Source: Eledone cirrhosa (lineage: Eukaryota). From it: a DNA stretch of 64,000 nt. The notes under the pieces were generated by a model, which searched no databases, was not told where the DNA came from, and saw only the letters and a program-made list of their open reading frames with translations. The first letter of the stretch is position 1; every line of letters begins with the position of its first letter. The translations under genes were made by a program, and so were the position numbers. The DNA lies in assembly GCA_964016885.1 (NCBI GenBank), contig OZ024744.1:86676001-86740000 (forward strand), in the 5' to 3' direction. This document shows positions 26,668 to 41,850 of this stretch, piece by piece.

Positions 26668-29402
26668 CCGAAAACAGAGGCTATATTGACAGTAACAAAC
26701 TAGCCAATATACGAAGAAATATTGTAAAAAAAAGTTACTAACTGATATAGACATTAATCAGATCAAGCTATTAGCACAAAGTCAGCGAAGTGAAAATGAA
26801 ACATGTGTCAGTTAAAACGAGGTAAATTGTAACACTTCGAGGTAAATTGTAACACTTCCAAGGAGGAAGTGCAAGAATTCTGGGAAAAGATCTGGGCCGA
26901 AGAAAAAGTTCATAATATACATGCCCCATGGAGAGACAGACAAATGAAAGATACAGCTCACCTTGAGGAACAAATATGGGAAAATATAACAGTTGAAAAG
27001 TTGCGTTTGGCTCTTAGAAAAACCAGCAAATGGAAATCCCCAGGAAAAGACAAAATACAAAATTTTTGGATAAATGCCTTCACAGAGTCTCATGAGCTGT
27101 TAGCCCAACTTTACAATGAAATAGTTAAGGAGCCAGAAAAGATACCATCATCGCTAGTTAACGGCATTACATTCCTGCTTCCGAAGAATGATGAGACAAA
27201 CAATCCCCAAAATTACAGACCGATGACATGCTTGACCACAATGTATACAATTTTAACATCAGTCCTAACTGAATATACATATGACCACCTGATAACAAAT
27301 GACCTATTTCCCATTGAGCAGAAAGGGTGTAAACGAGGCTCATATGGCTGTAAGGATCAGCTTTTGGTTAACAAAATGATACTGGAAGATTGTCATAATA
27401 GTCACAAAAATCTATCAATTGCTTGAATAGATTATAAAAAAGCATTCGATAGTTTGCCACACAGTTGGATTGAAAAATGTTTAGAGATTTTCAAAATATC
27501 TCCCGTTGTCAGGAGGTTCTTGTCATTCAGTATGAAGACATGGAAAACGACACTCCTTTTGAATAGTGAAACAAAATCACTGGAAGCTGGAGAAGTTAAT
27601 ATTAATTGTGGAATTTTTCAGGGTGACTCTTTATCACCGCTTTTATTCTGCATCGCACTTATACCATTAAGTAAAATGCTCAATGTAACAAAACATGGAT
27701 ATAAAGTCTATGACAAAACCATTAATCACTTGTTCTACATGGATGACCTGAAACTATTTGCAAAAAATGATGAACAATTGCAAGGGCTATTATCCACTGG
27801 GGAGCAGTTCAGTGATGACTTTAAAATGGAGTTTGGACTAGCTAAATGCGCCAAAGCAACGTTCACCAGAGGAAAGCTGCTGAAAAGTTCAGGCATTAAT
27901 CTTGATCGGGGGAATGTGATAAGAGAACGTGATCAAGAGGAAACTTACACATATCTAGGTGTTTGTGAAGGAGACGGAATCAAGCACTCGACAATGAGGG
28001 AAAGGATAAGGAAGGAATGTTACCGCAGAGTAAGAGCAATCTTAAGAACGGAATTGAATGCAAGGAATAGGATCAATGCCATAAAAACGCTTGCTATACC
28101 CGTAGTAACCTACAGTTACAATGTCATCAACTGGTCAAGCACAGAGATCCGTAGGCTCGATACAAAAATTAGAAAATTCTTAACCATGCATCACCTTAAG
28201 GCAGATACAGATAGAAGATATATCCCTAGGAAAGAAGGAGGACGTGGGTTAATCCAGTTAGATATTGCCTTATAAACTGCAACTATTGGATTATCTAAGG
28301 GAATCACATGATTGGATGATCAAACTCGTTTTGAAACACGAAAGCATCAAAAGATCATACTCCATTACAAAAGATGCACAAAGATACAGTAATGGACTAC
28401 AAATTTCAGAAGTCCCATTTACTGCTGAAATGGAAAACACAGAAAAAGCAAAGCAGGTAAAAGTAACTGCAAAGAAAGAACTGCTACAGAAACTGGCTAA
28501 GAAATGGCAAGAAAAGCCTCTGTGTGGAAAATACCCTGAAAGAGCTAACAATCCTGAGATTGTCAAGACTTTAACCCATCAGTGGTTGGCATCCTCTGGA
28601 CTGAAATCGGAGACTGAAGGACTGATTATATCAGCACAAGATCAGTGTCTGCCAACAAAATATTACGAAGCCAACATAAAAAAAAATGGATGCAGCCCAT
28701 TATGCCGTGTATGTAAAAAAAACAACCAGAAACCATTGATCATATAATTTCAATGTGCAGTCTTATATCTCCAACCGAATACCTAAACAGGCATGACAGA
28801 GCTGCACAATACATACATTGGATGTGTAAGCATTTTGACCTGCCTCATCAAAAGAACTGGTGGGAGCATCAACCACCTCCGATGCTTGAAAAAGATCACA
28901 TCTCAATCTTGTGGAACTTTAGCATCCAAACAGACCGACAAATAGATGCAAATAGACCTGATATAATACTGAAGGACTTTAAAAAGAGGGTATGCCTGCT
29001 AACTGATATGTCCGTTCCAATAGACAAGAATGTATCTATAAAAACATTTGAAAAATTGAGCAAGTATAAGGACCTGGAGATAGAGATTGAAATTGAGAAC
29101 TAAAACAATACCAGTGGTTGTAGGCGCTCTAGGAATGATACATAAGGGGTCTAATGATTACTTATCGAAAATCCCAGGAAACCCGCGTATAGGAGAAATA
29201 CAAAAGATAGTACTAATGGGAACTGCCCATATACTAGGGAAAATTCTGTCAATATAAGTACATCACAAGTTTAAACACCTAAAGATGCATGTGTGAGTAT
29301 GTAGGTTCTTTCTTGAACATGGCGGACCTTGTTGTCTCTTGAGGTCACTGGTTGTGACTTGGTGATAACTCGTATGAACATAAAGCAAGATAAATTCAGC
29401 TG
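26666..29402 (+). mobile_element. R4/Dong-clade non-LTR retrotransposon (RT plus RLE), 5'-truncated, in (TAA)n
   Basis: SPGKDKI, NYRPMTCL, DYKKAFDS.PHSW, GIFQGDSLSPLLF, LFYMDDLKL, CRVC..H..C, RHD, RPDII..D..K..KY. Contains stops and frameshifts; (TAA)n on both sides. Confidence 0.9.
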
Positions 29403-29646
29403 TAATAATAATAATAATAATGATAATAATAATAATAATACTTTCTTTATTAACCACAATGGTTTACATAAAGTAGACATTAAGGACAAAAAACAAGAAA
29501 CAGAGGATGTAACAAAAAAATAACAATGAACAATTCCCCAATACGGGGGAGACTTCCGAGGAACATTCGTGGAGGAAGCCCATTGGAAAGCCACAGTGAC
29601 CCTGACCATCAGGGCAAGTGCCCTCTACCAGTTTTTCACCTTTAAT

Positions 29647-32600
29647 TTACAGACACATACTCAGAGTATTCACTCGGGCCATACTTGCTTCTCTCACCCA
29701 TCTTTCAACAAAATGCTGGGAAGAGAGCACTTCCCTCTCTACCCTGATTTTCCTTTTCAAATGAAATTTGAAAAAGTTAATCAGGGCATCACCGAAGAGG
29801 TAAATGCTCGCCTTCAGCCCTTTCAAACGTGTCCGCCATACTATCTCTTTCGCCATGGCCACCAGACAGAGAAAAACTGCCTGCACTTCCTGGCTAAAGG
29901 AAGAGGGCGGGGCAATCTTCACGATTGACACAGAAATAGCTGGATCCGTCCTACACGCGACAGCAGGTGTTCGACATAAACCCACAAGTCAGCAATGCTC
30001 GGACACTGGACGAGTGCGTGCAGGACGGTTTCGTCGCCCTGCGCGCATCTCGGACATGCCCGGCTGACGGTACCTCCATGCCTGTAGAGTTTATCCCGAA
30101 CTGGCAAAGCTCCTCGGTAGCACTGCCAGGCCAGAGATTTCTGGAAGTTGTCCATAGGCCCCGGCCCGAAAGTCCTTCCGAAGAGATTGGCTAGTTGATT
30201 TTCGTCGACGCCTAGAGTTTCCCCAAGTAAGTCGTCGCTCTTCTTTCCACTAATCCTCTATAGAAGGCCAAGGTGGAGTTTCCACCGATCACATGGCGCG
30301 ATTGGTCGAGGGCTGGAGCGCCTGAAGACATTCCAGTCTCCAAGCGCTCCCTCTCGGTCTTCGCTTGACCAAGGACTGCAACTCCGTCGAGGAAATGAGC
30401 TGGTGAAAGACGCGTTTAGCAAACAGGCGACCACACCTGATCACCGTCGAGGAAGAGGTGGAGATGTCGTAGCCTGAGTGCGTGTCTGCGCATCATCAGG
30501 CACGGCATGCCCAGCCCTCCACGTAGCGGGTGTTGACAGCAGATGGACCGCCTGACCATCGGAGCGCGCCCCTTCCACAAAAAGCGAAAGAGCAAACGCT
30601 CCAGCGCAGTCAGGCGAGGCTTAGGACAAGGTACGACGGTAAGACGGTAGTAGATGGCGGACGCGATGTACGCGTTAGCCACCTCCGCTTGACCTTTCAG
30701 GGATAGCTTCCTCTCCGCCCATTTCTGGGTTAGAGAAGCCACCCTGCTCGTTACCTCGTACCAGTTTCTGTCCGTCTGGTGGTCCGGACCGAACCAGACC
30801 CCTAGCAATTTAACAGGTCCGTCCGTCCAGCGCCCGACGACGCTGTTGGACGACATGGATCTGCCTTTCCAGGTGCCGAGCTGCAGGCCCAATGACTTTT
30901 CCTGGTTGATCATTGCTCCTGTCACCGCTTTGTATTCTCTTAGTGTAGTGTCGATCGCCTCGATGTGTTTGGCGTTCTACACCACTACGGTGACATGGTC
31001 TGCATATGCTGACACGGATCTTCCGCATCCTAGTTCGCGCAGGACACCCCTCAACGTCTCCAGTTTGTGCAGTAATGGCTCGAGAGTCAATACGTACAAG
31101 AGGGACGAGAGGGGACATCCTTGGCTGACCGAACGCATGATGTTGAACGGTTCAGAAAGGTGACCGTTCACTCTCACCACAGAGCAGATGTCGCTGTGCA
31201 TGGCAGCGACCCAGCCTCTGAAGACGGGCCCAAAGTCAGCCGCCCTCAGGACTGCCGCTAGGTAACGATGGTCGATCCTATCGAAAGCTTTCTACTGCTC
31301 TAAATTGATCAAGGACCCACCCGTGCCAGGTTCCCTAGCTACCCTCTCTACGATGTATCGCTTGAGGTGGAGGTTGTCGTGGATGGATCTGTCGGGAATG
31401 GCGCATGTCTGCGCCTCTCCCACCAGACCACAACGACAAGCGCCAACCTCTTTGCTATCACCTTGGCCACAATCTTGAACTCTGTGTTTAGCCGAGTTAT
31501 GGGCCTGAAATTATCTATGTTATCCCCCTTGTTCGGATCCTTTCTCAGCAGTGCAACCGCTCCTCGGCTCACAGAGCTGGGAATTCTCCCGTTCTGCTGC
31601 CAGTTGCAGTAGACGTCCGCCAAGAGGCCTCCGAACAAATCTGGCATCTGTACGTAAAGTTCATAGGGCAGACCATCCAAACAAGGCGATTTACCCCTTG
31701 TGCAGCCAGTCATTGCCTCCCTTACTTCAGCGGCTGTTATCGGCTTTTCGCAACACTCCGCCTCAGTGGCCGAGAGCCGCAGCAGTCCGTCGAGGTAGAC
31801 ACTAAAGTCCATCCGCCGACCCGGCCCACCGCTGCCCCCGAACAGCTGAGCGAAGTGTCGCTGAAAAGCTTCACACATTTGCCCGGGATCGAGTAGCATG
31901 CGCCCGTCGTGGTCCACCAAAGACCGGATCGTGGCTTTGTTTCCACGACGCGCCTCCGCCACTCGGGCCCATTGAACCGCTTTCGTCCCCTCGTGTCTGA
32001 GAGCACGCACCCTAGCTCTGACAACGCAGCCTTCGTGCTTTGCATTGAAGAATTGGTGAAGGGCCAATTTCGCTGCAAGCATGTCGGTCCCGATGCCTTT
32101 GCTAAGCGCCTCGTCTAATTTTCTAACTAGTTCTCCCTCTGCTCTATTTTTCTCTATTGCTAAAGCCTTACTAAACCTATTGGATTCTATTCTAATCGCT
32201 CTTTTCAGAGCAAACCACCACTTGTTGTTGACGATGGTCCCCGTCAACGCCCGCTTAACTAGTTCGCTAATCCGGTCTCTGTAGGCCTTACGCGCTGGTA
32301 AGGACGCGTTTAGCTTCCAGTAGCCGGGTCCTCGTCTATGAAGCCTATCTAAGTCAAGCACACAGATCACGAATTTGTGGTCCGTGTAGCTGACTATCTT
32401 GAATTGTGGACAGCCTATGCTAGACCTATCTATTTCCCTACAAAATACTCTATCTAGATATGATCTGGATGACCCTATGCGATTTGTCCAAGTCCACATT
32501 TGCACATTCGGGAAATCCAATCGGTACCTGTCAGACAATTCAAAACGCCTGAGCAGTTTGGTGAGGCACTTGTACCCTACACCCCTAGGCGCTAATCCCA

Positions 32601-33057
32601 CACAGTCCCAGCGTGCATCTAAGATCCTCTTCCAGTCGCCCACTTACACTAAAGAGCGGGACGTTCCAAGAAAGGTCTCCAGACGCCGAAAGGAATCAGG
32701 CCGCTCTGCTCCTGTCGGGGCATAAACGGCCACTAGCCTGAAAGCTTGCCCTTCTCCGCTGGTCACGTGCAGCACCACCAACTTACCTTCTGGGTCCAGG
32801 AAGATGGCACGTATGGCGAGATCCAAACCTCTCCGGAAAAGCACAGCAACACCTCTCCCCGATCCAGGACGGCTGGGAGATGCGTACACATTGTAGCCGC
32901 CGAAGATCGCTGGGAAGGCCCGTGCTTCGGAGATTCTGGTCTCGCTGATTGCCACTACATCTATGTTTAGTGACTAGAGGTCGTTGAGCAGGTGACCCTG
33001 CTTCCATGACGACCCCAAGCCACGCGCATTTATGCTGCCTATTCTGAGTGTGGTCAT
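29647..33057 (-). pseudogene. Tx1 ORF2: APE endonuclease, RT and zinc knuckle
   Basis: GSINARGL, AISET, VYAP, GDW, YLDRVF, TDH, GYWKLN, FRPITRLN, QGCPLS, AYADH, CPRC..ETVLH..C; several frameshifts. Confidence 0.9.
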
Positions 33058-33125
33058 GTTTAAAATAGAGTGGAAAAGATGGGAACGACCACTTACCGTA
33101 CTTTTCGTAGAGGAAGGATGGTTTC

Positions 33126-34973
33126 TCAATCCCTTTTCACCTGATCGTCTGGTGAAGGGACCGTTGAATCGTCCCTTCGGCTGGTCGTCGGCTCTTCTAT
33201 GAGTATGTCCGAATATACTCTCCGGTTGAGAGTCCCTCCTAGGTCTCTGAAATCACAAACTGCGTTGGGGAATTTCGTTTTAATGTTTGTGTATTGTTTC
33301 TGTGCTCTTTTTAGCAGTCTTATGTTCGTCAGCGTTTTGATTGGTGCTGGTATTATGTAGTCGTCCTGTGAAATGTCTGTGTGTTCAATTATGTAAGTCA
33401 TTAGTTTCTTGTTGTGTGTATTTATTGCCGCGCATTTGTTTTCCTGGGGGTGGGTGTGGTTCTGCTATGTTCTTGTCGTTGTTGCTGGGTGTGTGTGTGT
33501 TTTGTTTTTGTGTTTGCGATGTTGGTGCTTGTGGTGGTGGTGTTGAAGGTGTTGTTGTTGTTGGTGGTGGGGTTGTCGCCGGTGGTGATGGTGGTGCTAG
33601 TGTTGGTGGTGTTGCTGCTGTGAGTCTCTTTGCAGTAGCCTTTACCCTTTTTTCATTTCTTTCCTCCCTTTTCGAAGGCGACGATGCGCTGCTTCTGCGT
33701 TTGTGCCTTCTTACGATCTTTTGCCATCCCTCTCCCACTTCACACTCTATGTCTGATTCTGTGAGGTCGGAGAGGGGTACCAGCTCCACTCTTTCACTTG
33801 TTGTTGTAGGTGATGTTTGCACTGGAGTATTTTTTGCAGCTGCATTTGGTATTGCTGTTGTTGTTGTTAATACTTCCACTGCTGCTGCTGTTTTTGATAT
33901 CCGTGGCGTGGGTATGGGTGCCACGGACCTATCGTTCCTGGTTGCCGCTTGTCCTGTTGCTGGTAGCCGTGGAGCCGGTTTCGGAATGAGGGGGGTTTTC
34001 TCCTTTCTCAGGGTCTTCTCGTTGCAGAAGGCCGCGAGGTGAGTCTTCGATCCACAGCGAAAGCATTTCGGGCGTTTGCCCTCAACACTTATGGGCAGTT
34101 GAGTGCCGTTATCGAAGTCTATCACATCCGGGATAGCTTCGATGCACTCCTGGTTGGTTTGGATTAACATCTCAATGGAGGTGCCGACCCAATCTTCTCT
34201 TACTTTTTTCTGTACTTGCAGTACAGTTGTTTTGTCCTCGATTCCGACGAGGACAGACGCGGCCAGCCAAGAAGGGGCCATCTTGGGGGGGGGGGGGTCA
34301 GTTTGACCCTCACAATTTTTTGCCCGCACTAGGAGGGCACCAACACCATTTCCTCGCTCCTTAGGGTCACTAAGGATTGAGTCTTTGCCTCCTGGGGTGT
34401 GGCAAAAAGCACGTCTACGGTGCCATATTTCTTGCTTCGGGTGATGTGCGTTTTCCGCTGCCACACAGACCCTAAGGCTTTTTGTATTTGACCCTCTGTG
34501 GCTCTTTCAACCCTACGGTCTTTTGTGCTTACTGTACGGTACGTGACCGTACAGTGCTGTTGGGTTCCGAAAATTTTTTCGGCTGCCTTGCAGATTGCTC
34601 GGTGTCCATTCTTTGTCACCATATTCTTCGCTTCCTCTGATTCCTCATTTGTTATGAGGATTGTTTCCAGGTTCTTCGCGATACCTGCAAATGAGATTGG
34701 TTTTTCTTTGCTGCTGTTATTGTTGTTGTCGTCAGAGCTGCTGTTACTTTTGTTGTTGCTGCAGGTACTACAACTACTGCCGCCGCCGCTGTTGCTGTGG
34801 TTGTTGTTGTTGTTGCTGCTGCTGCTAATGCTGTCGTTGTTTATGCTGCTGCTGATGCTGTTGCGGCTGCTACTGTTGTTTTCCTTGTCACTGTTGCTGC
34901 TGTTATTACGGCTGCTACTGCTATTATTCCTGACGTCAGACGAATGAAATGGGTTTTCGTATTTCCCGCACAC
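33126..34973 (-). pseudogene. Tx1 ORF1 (gag-like)
   Basis: CCHC knuckle CFRCGSKTHLAAFC, SFAGIAK, WQKIVRR; split across three frames. Confidence 0.75.
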
Positions 34974-35398
34974 ATTTTCGTCGTTGTCGTCGTGGAGAAA
35001 TCTTGCACGCTTTGCACGTGATTTTTCGTTTCTGGCGTCGCTTGCGAAAGAGAAGGGGGGGAGAGAGACACATTTAGAGAAGGGAGGGAGAAAGACAATC
35101 TTCTCTCTGCTGTAGTGAGGATTGAGGAAGAAGAAGACGGAATGATTGGGAGTGACCTATGAAAATTATTTTTCGTAGCCATGTTTTGTTTTTTGTTTAA
35201 AATAAATATTGCGTACAAAACCACAATAAGAGGTTATTTAACCCCGAAGGGCCAAATAATGGGCAGAAAGACCCCTCTCACGAGGAGGAGGGTGTTTTTG
35301 TCTACAATTTGGTTAAAGTTTTAAACAATTTACAATTGTTATAGCGGTTAAAATTTACAATACCTTACAGAACCGAGCCTCCGTCGTCCATGGCATTC

Positions 35399-35436
<38 letters not shown>

Positions 35437-35444
35437 TAATAATG

Positions 35445-35937
35445 AAATGGTATGAACATAGGCCAGAGGCGGTGATGGAGAACAATCAGGTGAAGGTGCT
35501 GTGGGATTTTAGGATACAGACGGACAAAAAACTGGAACACAATAGACCTGACCTGGTGGTTGTGGACAAAGAAAAAAGATCGTGTCTGATTGTGGATGTG
35601 GCCTGCCCGTTCGACACGAGAGTGCAAGAGAAGGAGAGGGAGAAAATTAACCGATACCAGGACTTAAAGTGGGAGGTGAAAAGGATCTGGAACTGCCATG
35701 AAGTCAAAGTGATCCCGATTGTCATAGGCGCACTGGGGACTATCTCCAAAAGTTTCCAGGGATGGTTAAAGAAAATCGGCCCCTTCACGCTTTTTGGAAC
35801 GCTTCAAAAGGCATGCTTGCTTGGAACAGCAAGAACCCTCCGATACGTCCTGAATATCTGAGGCTGCAGGTAGTGGCTTGATATTCAATCCAACGGACTT
35901 TCCAGTTAACCAACATCAATGACTGAGATTCAAGGAA
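35445..35937 (+). mobile_element. R4/Dong-clade 3' fragment (RLE domain)
   Basis: KWYEH.P..LWDF.IQTD..HNRPDL..DVACP..K..YQDL..PIVIGALG..LQKACLLGT; follows (AAT)n. Confidence 0.88.
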
Positions 35938-36029
35938 TAACAACAATAATAAATGATTTCTTCATTTATTTTTATTTATTTATTTATTTATTTATTTTTT
36001 AAATTAATTAATTAATTTATTAATAATAA

Positions 36030-36222
36030 TTGTTTCTACTTTTGGCACAAGGCCAGCAATTAATCAGTATATTACTGGTACTTTAATTTATCGACCCCGT
36101 AAGGATGAAAGGCAAAGTTAACCTCGGCGAGATTTGAACACAGAATGGTAAGGGCCGTAACTCTATACGTCAAAGCATGGTGTCCGACACTCTACCGATA
36201 CTGCCAATCCACCGCTACCGAT
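36030..36222 (-). mobile_element. tRNA-derived SINE (family S1)
   Basis: 'ggcacaaggccag...tcgaccccgtaaggatgaaaggcaaagttaacctcgg..atttgaac', close paralog of 48619-48840. Confidence 0.75.
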
Positions 36223-36439
36223 AATAATAGTAATAAACGAAAGATATATACTTTATATCATCTCTAATTATTTTATTATATATATTTCGAAGATGTAAAG
36301 TTTTATGTATAACATAAAGCAAAACATGTCCTCTTCAGACAAAATACATAGGAGATGTATACTTTTCTCATGACATGCTGTTAGACAAACGAGCTGGACA
36401 GATCGGTGACCACCAAGGATATCATATATATATATATGA

Positions 36440-36770
36440 GATTTTTGTTTTAATCACAGTAAGTAATGTACTCAATATATTAGTAGAGTGTAAACACCAT
36501 GTTTAATATAGAAATGGCTTCTACATTACTAGAGCTGTTTCAATCAAACGAAATTATTTTGAATGGAGCAGTTTTATTTAGTCCTGTAGAAGCCATTTCT
36601 ATATTAAACATAATTTATATATATATATATATATATAAGACTCTGGTAAAATCAAGGGTAACAACAGTAAGTAAGGTACTGATAGCAGAATGTAAACATC
36701 ATGTTTAATATAGAAACGGCTTCTACAGCACTAGAACTGTTTAATTCTAAAGAAATCTCCAGGAAAGATT
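36440..36770. mobile_element. two family F pieces (fold-back 36499-36611, then a minus copy 36650-36770)
   Basis: 'atgtttaatatagaaatggcttctaca' mirrored by 'tgtagaagccatttctatattaaacat'; tail 'cagtaagtaa.gtact' matches 52935-52960. Confidence 0.65.
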
Positions 36771-37118
36771 AGCAAATCAAAGCAGATATGGGTGAATTGA
36801 AAATCTATGAGGATATTACTTCACCGGAGAGAAACTTCAAGGGATGCGACGTGCAAGAAGCTTAGAAAATGTCATATAGAGCCAAAACGGAAACTCCTTC
36901 TTATTGTGTCCACAAGAGTGTCGGCTAAAAAGCTTTGCTAGATGTGGTTCCGCCACAGCTAAACACATTGCTATCCTTTCTCATTAAACTCTGCCAAGCC
37001 CAATGCTCTGCAGGGGTGTTCCAGCAGGGGGCATATAAAGAAACTATAACTGCAAGAACAACAGTTAAAATTTGGATAAAAATGTATAGATGAAATGAGT
37101 GCCAGACTTGAGGGAAAA

Positions 37119-37158
<40 letters not shown>

Positions 37159-37199
37159 TGATATTAAATAAATGGAAACTATATTTATAAAAGCATATT

Positions 37200-37260
37200 T
37201 ATTCTATTATATATATTTCAATGGTACCAAAATGTTGGTATGCTTTCATCAGATAAAATA
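37200..37260 (-). ncRNA. minimal hammerhead ribozyme
   Basis: TATTTTAT-CTGATGA-aagca-TACCAA-catt-TTGGTA-ccatt-GAAA-TATATA-TA-ATAGAATA. Confidence 0.75.
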
Positions 37261-37373
37261 TGAAGTGTGTTTTATAAATTTTGACATAACCAAGGAGAAT
37301 ATACCTTAACGGTTCAGGCTATCCAAGGATAATTGAACCGTTGGTTATGTCAAAATTTATAAAACACACTTCG

Positions 37374-37434
37374 TATTTTATCTGATGATAGCGTACCAAA
37401 ATGTTTGTACCCTTGAAATATATATAATAGAATA
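37374..37434 (+). ncRNA. minimal hammerhead ribozyme
   Basis: TATTTTAT-CTGATGA-tagc-GTAC...GTAC-cctt-GAAA-TATATA-TA-ATAGAATA; 8-bp stem I, AUA triplet. Confidence 0.75.
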
Positions 37435-37570
37435 AATATGGTTTTATAAATATAGTTTCCATTTATTTAATATCATTGTATATTATACTCCAGAAAAGTT
37501 GTAGAGTGCTCTGAATCAGTTATAAACATTTATATTTGTTGAATTACCAACAAATTGAATATCCCTTCTG

Positions 37571-37648
<78 letters not shown>

Positions 37649-37682
37649 CAGAAGGGATATTCAATGTATATATATATATATT

Positions 37683-37730
<48 letters not shown>

Positions 37731-37751
37731 GTGTGTGTGTGTGTATATATA

Positions 37752-37860
37752 TAAACGGAAAAAATGAAACGAAATTTCATTTCTCACTCTTAGTACGGCT
37801 GTTACTTAAATATAAATATGTATACGTACATACATATATGTATACAGACGTACAGTAGTA

Positions 37861-37903
<43 letters not shown>

Positions 37904-38026
37904 TACTCTACGTCTGTATACATATATGTATGTACGTATACATACTTATATTTAAGTAACAGCCGTACTAAGAATGAGAAATGAAACGAAATTTCATTTC
38001 TCACTCTTAGTACAGCTGTTACTTAA
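37752..38026. mobile_element. alternately inverted terminal pieces of family C
   Basis: 'aatgaaacgaaatttcatttctcactcttagtacggctg' in forward, reverse and forward orientation; matches 54930-54987 and 55290-55380. Confidence 0.7.
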
Positions 38027-38873
38027 TATATATATATATATATATTATTGGAAAATGTGTGTAATCCTTGGTACAGTTAGGTATATTAAGACAGGGGGGA
38101 AGAAAAAATGGCTTCAGTTGTGCAAATTTATTTTCTTCACAAAATCCCAAAAGAATTTTTCTTAAAAAAAATTATTTTATCAATTAAGTTGTTGGTTGTT
38201 GGTTAGGTCTTAGGAGTTCTTGGTTAACGTAGGAGGTATTGTTTCGTTTTTAGAAAGACCTTTCACGCTGAGGTGCGCTTGTCAAACTGATGTGTATGTG
38301 GTGTGTTGTTCTATATATAGGGATTTAACATGTCTGTGGTGTGGTGGGGGTTTCTTTTCTCCCCTTTTAATAAGTGCATGGGTGTAGGTGTGTTGAAAAA
38401 GTGTTCATAGCAGTAATGAGTTGAGACGGTGAGTAGGGTTGGGTGGGGAGAAATGTAGCAAGTGCGGCCTGCCCCGGTCATTCTCGAAAAATTCCTTTAT
38501 TCAGGGGAAAAAGCTTTTAGTATTGCTTTTGTGTTGAGAATGGTCACAGGCAAATCGCACCTGTCAAGTTTGTGAATAATTATTTTTTTATTTTTTTCCT
38601 GAAGAATTTTTCTACGTCCATCCCAAAGTTAGTCCCTTGTTCAACACACACATATATGTGCGCATATACGTACATACAGACACGGGCATATGTAGGAATA
38701 TATAGGCACACACCATCAATCACACACCCATGTACAAATACATCCACATACATACACAAAAACATATAGAGACACATATAAAAACACACATACACATACG
38801 TACACACACGAATATGTACTCATACCTCCACATGGGTATATATATATATATATATACACATATATATACACAT

Positions 38874-38930
<57 letters not shown>

Positions 38931-38945
38931 CACATACACACACAT

Positions 38946-39006
<61 letters not shown>

Positions 39007-39126
39007 TATATATACATATATATACATATATATATACATACATATACATACATACATATACATACATATACACACATAAAGATACATAACTAAATATACA
39101 TATATACACTTACACGCACACATACA

Positions 39127-39575
<449 letters not shown>

Positions 39576-39587
39576 TATGAATCACAG

Positions 39588-40385
<798 letters not shown>

Positions 40386-40413
40386 ATATATATATATATA
40401 TATAAATATATAT

Positions 40414-40582
40414 AGTAATAATAATAAATTTGAAGAGTAAAATCCAAAGAGGGCTCGATAAGGATAAATATATATCAGATATATAAGAACCGTAGAGCAA
40501 ATATTTATTAAAATAACAGATTAAAGTTTAAGCAAAGAATCGCTGCTTTCACCCTTAACGGGATCTGTTATTTTAATAAATA
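40414..40582. mobile_element. family B copy
   Basis: Same tail and arm as 5553; short inverted end 'atctgttattttaataaata'. Confidence 0.75.
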
Positions 40583-40629
40583 TAAATATATATATATATA
40601 TATATATACATACATATATATATCAGTGA

Positions 40630-40878
40630 ATGCCTATGGCTGAGTGGTTAGAAATTTTGATTTGTGAGGTCGTGAGTTCGATTCCCAGACCGGGCGATGC
40701 GTTATATCCTTGAGTAAGACATTTCATTTAACGTTGCTCCTTCTGCTGGGATTTGCGACAGACAGATAGTATTAGTAATTGGAAAGATCAATGGAAGCAT
40801 TGTTTACTCGGTCCGATTTGACTAGTTCCATCCCACTCGTTAAGCAAATGAGGTCTGGGACCTGTCGATCGACTGTCG
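40630..40878 (+). mobile_element. tRNA-derived SINE (family S2)
   Basis: 'tggctgagtgg', 'gagttcgattcc', 'ccttgagtaagaca'; paralog of 20208. Confidence 0.7.
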
Positions 40879-40959
40879 ATATATATACTGTATATATGTG
40901 GGTGTGTGTGTGTATGTATGTTTAACTACGTATATACAAAAATACATTCTACATTCAGT

Positions 40960-41034
<75 letters not shown>

Positions 41035-41177
41035 GGTGTGTTTGGGTATGCATATATACTCATGAATATTTATACACACTCATATATACATTAACTGGGA
41101 TTTAAATACATTAGATATGGATGTGGATATACAATATTTTACAATAAATATATTAAGTATATATATATATATATTTG

Positions 41178-41236
<59 letters not shown>

Positions 41237-41627
41237 ATAAATATATTTGTGTGTGTGTGTAGCTGTGATGGTGTATGTGTATCTTGCGTGTCTACTGCAT
41301 GTTACTATTACTGAGAGATATTTTACCGTCAATACAAACGTAATCTGGGCTCGACTAATAACTCAGTTGGAATACAAGCGTATTCAGTGAGAAGGATTGC
41401 ACCTGTTCACTGAGGAGTGTGTGTGTGTTTGTGTGTGTGCGTGCGCGTGTGTGTGTGTTTGTGTGTGTGTGTGTAAGTGTATGTGCGTTTTGGAAGGAGA
41501 AAAGAACGACAGAAGGAGCGGGGAGAGGAGGAATGGGCGAGTTTCTCGAAGAAAAGGGAAAGAGCATGAAATAGTGAGAGAGTTGGAGCGATATGAAAAG
41601 AGTTGAATAACAATTGCTGTACATGTT

Positions 41628-41666
<39 letters not shown>

Positions 41667-41850
41667 AAGAGAGAACGAGAGAGAGAGAGAGAGGCAGTGA
41701 GGGGGGATGTCGTGAGGGGTGAGGATGTGAAAAAGGTGGGGGTGCGAGAAAGAGAATATGGGATGCACCTAAGCTGCTGTAATAGTGTGTTAATATTTGT
41801 GTGTGTCTATGTCTGTGTGACTGTGTGTGTGTGTGTGTGTGTATGTGTGT

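Larger units (their letters stand above)
29441..35398 (-). mobile_element. full-length Tx1/L1-clade LINE in (AAT)n, degenerate
   Basis: ORF1 plus ORF2, 3' AATAAA; (TAT)n at both ends in element orientation. Confidence 0.92.
37155..37572. mobile_element. fold-back hammerhead element (family D) with ~140-bp arms plus tail
   Basis: Arms 37155-37293 and ~37341-37480; the spacer contains a small hairpin; flanked by (TA)n. Confidence 0.8.

Noticed and set aside
33341-34042. 233-aa plus-strand ORF and similar antisense ORFs inside LINEs
   Set aside because: Antisense shadows of Tx1 ORF1 and ORF2.
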